Assembly (NCBI RefSeq): GCF_009914755.1
Contig: NC_060933.1
Length of the DNA: 64,000 bases
DNA from: the human T2T-CHM13v2.0 reference genome, Homo sapiens
Strand: one strand, 5' to 3'
The notes under the pieces were generated by a model, which was not told the DNA's origin, did not search any database, and saw only the letters and a program-made list of their open reading frames with translations. The stretch's first letter is position 1. Each line of letters starts with the position of its first letter. Of the stretch, positions 53,055 through 64,000 are shown in pieces. A program made the translations under genes and the position numbers.

Positions 53055-56000
53055 TGCCACAGACCCAGCTCAGGAAGCAGGTGATGTATTAGGTTGGAAG
53101 GGAGTAACAGAAAATAACTGGAGCCAGCTTAAGCCACAGTGGAATTTAACACAAGGATAAAGGGTGTTTAGCAGAAGTCAAGAGGTGATGGACAGACAGT
53201 TCTGAAAAGGACAGACAGTTCTGAAAAGGCACCACTAGGGCCAGGCTCTAGAATGACTATCTCTCCAGCTCTGATTTTTATTCAGTTTTGCAGCTGCATG
53301 CTTTTCTCTCCCTGTACACCATCCCTTTTTCTCCAGGCCTCGTGGTGAGAATGAGATGGTCACTAAAGATTACAAATTCAGTTGCCATAATTTCCCTACA
53401 GTGACAAATACCACCCCAGCTCTTTCTAAGCCTGAGTTCAAAATCCCAGGAGAAAAAAACAGATCCGTCATGATCCAGCCATGAACCTTCTCATAGAGCA
53501 CTCAGCAGTAGGCATGTATGTATGTATTTAAAATCACATAAACGTTACTTTTCCACTCAGCTCAAGCAAGGGAAATGCTCTGTTTTTCAGTATGTACATT
53601 CGGTCTGTTGGTTCTGTATGATAGAGAGTACTCATACCCATTTCTTCAGAAATACATACCCAGATTTTCTCTGGTTTCCTGCCAGAATTGAAAATTATTG
53701 TACAAATACCTTCATAGACTTGTATGATTGCTTTATAGGATTATATACCAAGAACAAGTTGTGATTGCTGAGACATGTAATTCTATGCATATTTTATCTA
53801 TCTAAATGCCACCACAGGTTCTTCAGGATCACCGTATACATCTGCAATCCCACATAAAAGTGAATAGGGTGTTTTCCTACATCCTAATACCTCCTTTAAT
53901 CCTTATCCAGTGATCTAGATTGTTATCAGTATAGCGATGTAAAGAGGTTCCAATCTCCCTCTCTCTCCATCCCCTCAGCCCTGCTCACCCAACACCAGAA
54001 TATCATCAGTGTTTACCATAAAGAAACAGGTGACAATTCTTTTAAAACTAAATAAAACCAATAATTTAAAGGAACTGAGAGATTACTTTATACTACTATA
54101 ATAATAGGTGGCAACAATCTAGAAAGCTGAATAATGTTCTCTCCCTCCTTTTCTTTCCCTTGCATTTTTCTAACTACTAATGAATTTGAGCACTTCTTCA
54201 TATGATAGTGGTCCTGGATTTCTGTTCTCAAAATGGCCTATCCATATCCTCAGGCAAAATTCTCTATTGAGAGTTCTATATTTTCCTCAACAATTTGTAG
54301 GAAGTCCTAAGATATACAAGATATTAGTCTCCTTTTTGAAATTTTAGGCACTGGAAATACCACCACCCAATATGGCACCACCCCTGTCCCAGACTTCAAA
54401 GAATTAGTAGATGTGGGAGGAGCCAGGTGGTCTCTTACCTTAGTAGGTGCATGCGTGTTATCTCCATTATGTGAATGAGACTTCTATCTTTCACTTCCAC
54501 TCTGCTGAGTGCTCAACATGCTGTCTCTTCCATTATTACTCATGTCTTTAAGCAGCATAGAAAAGTTACCAGCCATGGCTGTCCCCAAACTACTGTCACC
54601 CATCGACATCCCTTTCCATCCAGAACTGCTGAAAAAAATGCTTCACTTCATTTAGCTGTGCTTTTTTACAATCTGGGGTAAATCTGATTCAAATTAATTT
54701 TCATTGCTCTAAGTAGATTATGCTGTCTGATTATAGCAAAGGACAGAAAAACTTCACACATCTTTTTGGAAGACTTAATACTTGCCCACACATTATCTCT
54801 TTTAGGGCCAAATTCCATCCACTGCAAACACCAATCTCCTTGAGCTCTTGATATGACAGCTGATCCATTTTGATTCCGCAAATGCTTGCAAAGCAACTCC
54901 CATTCACTGAGACATATAGGCACTGAGAAACTTTCAGCTACACTACATTGAATTTTGATTTCTGGGGAAAGGGAGAAGAGTAAAAAGAACCATAAAAATG
55001 TATTTCAAGTAATGTGTATAAGGATGACAAAATATAGATTACTTTCATGAAAAACATTAGAACATTATATTCTCTTTGGGAGTGATTTATCATTGGATAA
55101 ATTAAAACAAATTCCTGAGGAAGTCTGGGAAAAAATAAATTTAGGAAAACAAATTTTAAATGATATCCTGAAAACCATCAGGGTTTACCATAAAGATAAC
55201 AATCTAAAAAAATCCAACAAACAATTTAATAATGAATGAGAAAATATGAATACAGAAAATTCATATGAATATGGAATGAGATATTAGTAAAAATGTGCTT
55301 GAGAACACTTACAAATGAATTTTGTTGTCCAATTTGATTAAGAGTCTAGTCAAAGTGTTACTCTTTTAAACTACTTATAATGGTGTCAGTTTGACAATAT
55401 GGAACAAAAACCTTTAAAATGCTTATTTTTGGGATTTGGCTTTAAATCAAAAGAGATAGTTGTTACTGTACTTGTCCTATTGCCTTAAGCCACTATAAAA
55501 CTTGACAAAAATTATAAGACAACTATTTTCAGACATCAGACAACAGGCAGTATGGGGTTGCCATCACTGAGAAAGAGGAAACCTAGAAGGGAAATTTCAC
55601 TATTGTCCTAAGACTCTGTCTTGGTATGATTTCTGGGCCGCAGCTCCAGGATATGAAGCCCAAGGAGGGGGCAGTGGTCTCTCCAGCATAGGGAGGCAGA
55701 GATTGAATTCAGAGCTGTGGACATGGCTGATAGTGATAGGGATAAGCTACTGCAGAGAAGGAAGCTATGCAGAATAAGACCTCCAAATATTGTATGAAGT
55801 CTCCTTAACTCTTTGGTCAAAAACTTAGCAGCAAATGCATAGGAAAAGCCTCCATAAGACCTGGCAGAGAGCAGTTGCTGGGTAGCTGTGAGAGGAATGG
55901 AGATTCTGACAGTCATACGGGCATGGGAGATAGGAATCCTGACCGGGCAGAGCTAAGAGGCCTTGCTGAAACCCCTGGGAATGCAGCTGGCACCACATAG

Positions 56001-56954
56001 GGGTCACATCTCAAGAGAAGGACTACCAAAGTCGTAGAGTAAACCACCCCAGAACTGCCCTAACAAAGCTCAGCAAGTCTCAAAAGGATCTAACTGATCT
56101 GCCAGTTAAGTTTGCTGCCTTTTGAAGAAAAATATCTCAGCACTCTCTAAATAAAGGCAAATATATATATAAATATATACATATATATATAATCTGTAGA
56201 TATATATGTCTGTAGAGAGAGATATATCTCTAGAGTGTCAACAGTGTAGCATCTACAATTTTGATCTTGAAATGAAAAAAATATTAGACATAGGAAGAAC
56301 TAGGAAATGTTACACATGGGGAAAAAAAATAAACAATAAAAACCAACCCTGAAATAACACAAATGTTGGAAATTTCAGATGAGAAATTTTAAGCAGCTAT
56401 TATAGAAATATGTTCAAGAATTTGGAGGAAAATATGGTCATGATTTAATCAACTGATGAAATTGATTAACCCATAACAATCAAGACAAAATGGGGAAAGA
56501 CACAAATTACAATATCAATGATGAAGGAAAGCATATGTCTATAGACACAAAAGACATTAAAATAGTGACAGAATATTATAAGTATATGCAATACATTCTT
56601 CAACTTAGATGAAATGAAATTATTTGAATAACACCATTTACCAAAATGATTCAAAATGAAATAAGAAATGTAAAGAACTTCAAATGAAGGAAGTTAAATT
56701 TTTTATCAAAAATCTTCTCTCAAAGAAACTCTAGACCTGAATTATTTCTTCATGAATTCTATAAAAAAAATTAAGGAAAAAAGACTATCCTTCTTACATA
56801 AACTTTTTCAGAAAATAGAAGAGGAAGAAACACTTCACAACACTTTTATAAACCCAGCAGAACCCTAATGTCAAAATCTGTCAAATGCATTACAGAACAG
56901 TATCTTTCACGGCTGCAAATGAAAGAAAACTTTTCACAATATATGAACAGATTA

Positions 56955-59331
56955 AATCCAAATACGTCTCAACAAAATACTGACAAACTGAATCCAGCAG
57001 CACATCAAAAAGCTTATCCTGGGATGCAAGGCTGGTTCAACATATGCAAATCAATAAACATAAGTCATCACATTAACAGATCTAAAGACAAAAACCACAT
57101 GATTTTCTCAATAGATGCAGAGAAGCCCTTAAATAAAATTCATCATCATGTTAAAAACTCTCAATAAACTAGGTATTGAGGAACATACCTCAAAATAATA
57201 AGAGCTATTTATGACAAACCCACAGCCAATATCATACTGAATGGGCAAAAGTTAGAAGCATTCCCCTTGAAAACGAGCACAAGACAAGCATGCTCTCTCT
57301 CATCACTCCTATTCAACATAGTATTGGAAGTTCTGGCCAGCACAATCAGGCAAGAGAAAGAAATAAATGGTATTCGAATAAGAAGGGAGATAGTCAGGTT
57401 GTCTTTGTTTGTAGATGACAAAATCCTATATCTAGAAAACCCCACTGTCTCAGCTCAAAAGCTTCTTAAGCTGATAAGCAACTTCAGCAAAGTCTCAGGA
57501 TACAAAATCAAAGTGCAGAAGTCACAAACATTTCTATACATCAACAACAGGCAAGCAGACAGCAAAATCATGAATGAACTCCCATTTGTAATTGCTACAA
57601 AGAGAATAAAATACCTAGAAATACAGCTAACAAGGAAAGTGAAGGACTTCTTCAAGAATAACTACAAACCACTGACTGCTCAAGGAAACCAGAGAGGACC
57701 CAAACAAATGGAAAAATATTTCATCCTCATGGATAGGAAGAATCAATATCATGAAAACGGCCAAACGGCACATAATAATTTATAGAGTCAATGCTATTCC
57801 CATTAAACTACCATTGACGTTCTTCACAGAATTAGGAAAAACTACTTTAAAATTCATATAGAACCAAAAGAGAGCTCAAATAGCCAAGACAATCATAAGC
57901 AAAAAGAACAAAGCTGGAGGCATCATGCTACCGGACTTCAAACTATACTATAAGGCTACAATAACCAAAACAGCATAGTACGGGTACAAAAACAGACACA
58001 TAGACCAATGGAACAGAGCAGAGAACTCAGAAATGGATCACACATCTACACCATCTGATCTTCGAAAAATGTGACAAGAAAAGCAATGGGGAAATGATTC
58101 CCTATTTAATAAAAGGTGCAGGGAGAACTGGCTAACCATTTGCAGAAAATTGAAACTGGACTTCTTCCTCACACCTTATACAAAAACTAAATCAAGATGT
58201 ATTAAGGACTTACATGTAAAAGCCAAAACAATAAAAAGCCTAGAATAAAATCTAGGCAATATCATTCAGGATATAGGCACAGGCATAGATTTCATGATGA
58301 AATCGTCAAAAACAATTACTACAAAAGCAAAAACTGACAAATGGGTTCTAAAGAGCTCCTACACAGCAAAAGAAATTATCATCATAGTGAACAGGAAACC
58401 CACAGAGTGGGAGAAAATTTTGTAGTCTACCCATCCGACAATATCCAGAATCTACAAGACATCCAAACAAATTTACAAGAAAAAAAAACAAACAACCCCA
58501 TTAAAATGTGGGCAAAGGACGTGAAAAGACACTTCTCAAAAGAAGACATTCATGCGGCCAACAAACATACCAAAAAAAAAAAAAACTCAACACCACTGAT
58601 CATTAGAGAAATGCAAGTCAAAACCACAATGAGATACCATCTCATACCAGTCAGAAAAGCCATTATGAAAATGCTGGCAAGGTTGTGGAGAAATAGGAAT
58701 GCTTCTCCACTGTTGGTTAGAACCTAAATTAGTTCAACCATTGTGGAAGACAATGTGGTGCTTCCTCAAAGATCTAGAATGAGAAATACTATTTGACCCA
58801 GGAATCCCATTACTGGGTATATACCCAAAGCATTATAAATCATTCTATTACAAAGAAACATGCATGCATGTGTTAATTGCAGCACTATTCATAATAGCAA
58901 AGACACAGAATCAACCCAAATGCCCATCAACGATAGACTGGATAAAGAAAATGTGGTATATATACACCATGGAATACTATGCAGCCATAAAAAGGAATGA
59001 GATCATGTCTTTTGCAGGGACATGGATGAAACTGGGAGCCATTATCCTCAGCAAACTAACCCAGGAACAGAAAACCAAACGTTGCACGTTCTCACTTATA
59101 AGTGGGACCTAAACAATGAGAACACATGGACACAGGGAGGGGAACAACACACACTGGGGCCTGTTGGGGGATGGAGTGGGGGGAGGGAGGGCATTAGGAA
59201 AAATAGGTAATGCATGCTGGACTTAATACCTAGGTGATGGGTTGATAGGTGTAGCAAACCACCATGGCACACATTTACCTATGTTACAAACCTGCACATC
59301 CTGCACATGTACTCCAGAACTAAAAAAAAAA
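56955..59331 (+). mobile_element. 5'-truncated L1P (~2.4 kb; decayed ORF2 RT region + 3'UTR) nested in older L1M sequence (~55470-60600)
   Basis: ORF fragments [44 protein letters not shown]; many stops and frameshifts; A tail at ~59322. Confidence 0.9.
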
Positions 59332-61442
59332 GTAGAGTTGCTATAAAGTACTCTATGGGGGGGGGGGGGGGCGGGAACTAGATAATTCACTCAAATTTTG
59401 ATTAGCAAAGTCTTCCAAAAATTAATTTTCTTCAAAAAATAGAAAATATACTTTTGGATCAAAAATAAATAAGTAATAAATCCAAATATGTATGAATATA
59501 TGTATATATTTGTGTGCATATACATATGTGTATATGTGAACAATTCTACAACATGACCAAGTGAGTTTATTGCGGGAGAAACAGTGGTTTAGCATTCCAA
59601 AATCAATATACTTCACCATATCAGCAGAATAATGAGGAATAATCACTTGACCATCTCAACAGATGCAGAGAAACCTTTGACACAATCAGTACTAAATCAA
59701 AAGAAACACTATCAGTAAACTGGTAAGACAGTTATCTCAATCTGATTAAAGTTGTAAATGAAAAATTTACAAATAACATCTGATTGAATAGCGTGTTGAG
59801 CACTTTCCTCCTATAATATAATAAGACACAAGCCATGAAGTTTACTCATTACTTTTTGCTTTAATTATAGATGAGGGCTCACTATATTCCCCAGGTGGGA
59901 CTTGAATTCTTGGGCTTAATAAATTATTGTGCTAAGCTGCTCACTATTTTTATTCAATATTATATTGGAGATCTTAACCAGCGTGATAAAGCAACAAAAA
60001 TAAAAGTTTTAAACATTGAAAAGGAAGAAGTAAAAGTACAATTATTTGCAGATTACATGATTGTTTACATAGAAAATCATAAGAAATCAAGGAACAACAA
60101 CTAGAAATAATTAGTGAATTTACCAATATCACAGGATACATCAGTATTTTAAAAATCAAATTTTTTTACTAGTTGCAAACAATTGAAACACGAACTTCAG
60201 AAAATAATACCATTTACAATAGTACCAATAACAAATTACTTAAGAAAAATTTAGCAATAGATGTTCAATTAAAAACTACAAAACTCCACAAAGAGAAACT
60301 AAAGAAAATATTTTTAAATGGAGAGATATATCATGCTTATGGATTGGAAGTTTCAATGCATTAAGATGGTAATTCTCAACAAGTATGTTGGAAAACCTGG
60401 ATAATCATATGGAAAAAATGAACCTTTACTGCCACCTACCACCATAAATGAAAATTAAATTGAGATGTTTCATAGATGTAATTATAAAAGCTGAAACCAC
60501 AAATGTTCTAGAAGAAAATACAGAAAAACATCTTTGTGAGTTGAGAGTAGGCAAAATTCTCTTAGGACACCAAAAACTCTAAGCAGTAGTAAAGAAATAA
60601 AATTACTTATCCTTTGGCAGCCTTTTATGTCAGAGGATGTGTGTTATACAGATCAATAACTCACACATGGAATGAGGGGTTCAACAGTCCTTAGAATCAC
60701 GTACATACGCACAGCACACAGATGGACATGGTCTGTGGGTAAGACAAAGAAGTCTGTGTTCTGCCTGTGGTAGAGTATAGGTCAGAGCAAAAGTGGATTA
60801 TAAATACGATTTGAGAGGTACGTGAGCCAGCCCAGAGTAGAGAATATATTGGCCTGTGCCGTTAGGAACCCTCTCATTTGACCAGAAATTGGGATGCCTT
60901 TTTCAATTTCCTTCCCAGGCAAATGTGTGTCCCCTCCATTCATTCCTCTGATAATGCTCACTCACTCCTCCTCGGGCATAGATTCTGCTCCCAGAATGAT
61001 ATCTGCTTCTCCTTTCCTTGCTCTGCACCTACAAACTTCTGTTAGAAATGCCCAGGAAAACGGTCTCTCAACCACTGGATATGAGTCCCCTCTTCTCTCA
61101 ACTAGTGTGATCACCACGAATAGTTCATATTCAGCTCCCAAATATTAATTCCACTCAGATTAGTGCCCACAGCAGGGGACAGCAAAACAGCATGTTTACT
61201 TTAAGAAATGCAAATAAGGGCAATGATTTTTTTTTTACATTGAAGACAAACCCAAAATAAAAGTTCTTATGATCATCGTCTTGTTTATATTCATCAGACC
61301 CCTGGCTAAGCCATTTACTGGAACAAATCCACATTTTTATTCATATTGCTAACAGAGAACCCTAACCAGAAAGAGAAAAAGGGAGGGGACACTGGAATAT
61401 GTCATCTGGAGTGTAGACAATAGCTGTAAAATGCGGTTGGGG

Positions 61443-61791
<349 letters not shown>

Positions 61792-62060
61792 CTATTCAAA
61801 ATTACACAGAAGAGGCAGAAGTGGTGAAGGAGGTGGCAGATGAACAAGAGAGGCCATGAGGAGTTGGTAATTGCCAAAGATGACTCATTTGAGGACACAA
61901 AGGCTCATTATTTTATTAAGCCTACTTTGTATATGTTTGAAATTTTTAGAATTAAAAGTAAAAATATCTAAAAATAAGACTTTACCAATTTGACATGCAG
62001 CAGGAATGATTAGGGTAGGATGCCATGGTGTACCCATGCGTGAGGGAGAGCCAGTGACAG

Positions 62061-62778
62061 TGATATGGACAGGAGACAGAAGTACTGGGTAGAAAGGGTG
62101 GTTTCCCAGCAAAGGCCCCACCCTCAAGCCTGGAGACGTGCAGCTGTAAATAGGGACAGGCATTCCTGTTTTCATCCCCAAAAAGTTGTCTTTTGACCCA
62201 CCATGCCCCCTTTCTTGTACCCATGTAAACCCCAAACCCCAGGCTTCAGAGGCAGGCAAGCAGGCTAGGAGACAAGCAGAGGGAGGGCGAAACGACATGG
62301 CAGAGAAAAAGAGGAGGAACGTCTGAACCGCGAGAGGAGTTCAGCTGGGGGTGGTCAGAGAAGAGTTCAGTCCCTGGATGGCCAAACTCCAAGGGGAAGA
62401 TCATCTTCTCACCCCATCCCCTCTTCCAGCTCCCCATCCAACCCACTGAGAGCCACTGCCACCACTCAATAAAACCCCACATTCATCCTTCAAGCCCGTG
62501 TGTGACCCAATTCTTCCAGGACACTGGGCAAGAGCTCGGGATACAGAAAGCTGTCACACCGGCCCTCCGCCTTTGCAGAAAGGCAGAGGGTCCACTGAGC
62601 TGGTTAACACTCAAGCCGTGCGCGGATGGCAGAACTATCTGCACACTTGGGCTCCTGCATCTGTCCGTCTGCGTGTTCCCTTTCCCCTCAGGGGTTTGAG
62701 CCCCTGCAGCAACCGAAGAGGTGAGCAACACTCCTGTTGCACGTCCTTCCAGGGGGGTCAGGGAACTCTCCTTTTTCA
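62061..62778 (+). mobile_element. Solo ERV1 LTR (LTR1-like)
   Basis: tgatatggacaggagacag...gcaaaggccccaccctcaagcctg ... AATAAA 62468 ... gggaactctcctttttca; flanks acag/ccag. Confidence 0.8.
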
Positions 62779-63637
62779 CCAGGACAAGCACAGATCTGAA
62801 GCAGCAAAGAGCCAGTTGTTTATTACATTGGACAATATCTCACACTATCACTATAACTGTTCTGTGCTTGCAATCTGCTGCATTAAATATTAAACTCTTG
62901 CCTCCTAAAGTCAGGAATAATTTATTTAGAATAAAATGAATTATTTAATGAACCACTGTATTTTCAGCTAATTCAAAATAGGAATGAAGGTGTTAAGTGC
63001 TTCTTTGAAGCACATACCCACATTAAACTAACACCTTTCTACAATAAACCAATATTTTTAATAAAGCTCTGTGCCCAGAAAACACTGACCAGAAAAGCAG
63101 GAGCCACTAAAAAATTGGAGCAATTTGAAACAAAGTTAGGAATCCTGTCATTCTTAAAACAAAAAAGTCTCAAACTTTACAGAGAATGTATTCAAATTGC
63201 ATAGTTTACCAAGAACCGAGTTAGAATAAATGATTAAGCACAGAAAAAAAAGGAGAACAATTATATTGTCCTATCATTCAAGTGAGACTAGACTCCCTTT
63301 ATTCAAAATTCAACTTGGTTTTGAATTTTCTCCAGCCTGCTTTATCAGGAGGATGATGTCTCCTTGAACAACTGAAATAGATATGCCTTGAGAAAGGGGA
63401 GAGATACAACTCTCTGGTGGTTGTCAGTAAAGCACCAGAGAGAGAAGAGAAGCAAGTACAGGAATTTCAGCATCTGCTAAGAACATCTAATACATAAGCC
63501 AACATGGCATCTTTAAGACCCAGTACCTTGGAAGGGACAATGACATCACTTCCTGAATCCTCCTAGTTTTCTATTTCCATGCCCTGCTTCCCTCAACATC
63601 CAGAGCTGGAAACACCTCCATCATTCCTCTTCATGCC

Positions 63638-64000
63638 ATGGCCTCCCTGCTCCTCTTCTGTGTGGCCTTTTGTCTCCTGGGAACAGGTGAGTTTGGAAAA
63701 CAGATGGGGAAATCACTGCCTTAAATTTTCCAGGTTCTGGATTAAGCCTATCCATAGAGATTGCAGCTTGAAGACATTTACCAGTCTCTGTCTTCAGTTT
63801 CTGTCTTATTTCTCCACAGGGTCCATGGATGCTGATGTTATCCAGACCCCAAGGAATAGGATCACAAAGACAGGAAAGAGGATTATGCTGGCATGTTCTC
63901 AGACTAAGGGTCATGATGGAATGTACTGGTATCGACAAGACCCAGGACTGGGGCTACGGTTGATCTATTGCTCCTTTGATGTCAAAATATATAAACAAAA
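63638..64000 (+). pseudogene. TRBV24OR9-2: TCR beta V orphon, cut by the window end (leader 63638-63686; V exon from 63820), apparent +1 frameshift at ~63987
   Basis: [16 protein letters not shown]|[56 protein letters not shown]; promoter decamer aatgacatca at 63539. Confidence 0.9.

Noticed and set aside
53190-53227. 19-bp tandem duplication; similar short ones at ~50103 and the G run at ~59357
   Set aside because: Ordinary slippage events with no supportable function.
56868-59112. Reverse-transcriptase-like ORFs as an active element
   Set aside because: Fragmented, 5'-truncated L1 ORF2 with a broken FADD motif (FVDD) and many stops.

Overview
Primate (very probably human) genomic DNA. The order TRBV20 - ANXA2 retrocopy - TRBV21 - TRBV22 - TRBV23 - TRBV24, with no D/J/C segments, matches the T-cell receptor beta orphon cluster at 9p13.3; this placement is from recall, not a search. 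Left part (1-~26 kb) is a segmental-duplication mosaic: four tandem ~3.09-kb rearranged MSTA (MaLR) units, a degenerate GGGGCCTGGTCAGT minisatellite, four decayed exons of a TBC1D3/TBC1D26/USP6NL-type Rab-GAP gene (one split by a full-length SVA), and a lone CYP4F exon that is splice-phase-compatible with the last TBC exon. An isolated, inverted PRSS3-like trypsinogen exon 2 lies at ~28.4 kb. The right part holds five TRBV orphons, an intact 339-codon ANXA2 retrocopy fused to an Alu, and many Alu/L1/LTR/DNA-transposon relics. No rRNA, tRNA or CRISPR. The best candidate for something overlooked is the TBC-CYP4F chimeric gene fossil at 13.9-18.1 kb. Protein comparisons and repeat subfamily names are from memory and by-eye alignment; old-repeat boundaries are approximate.
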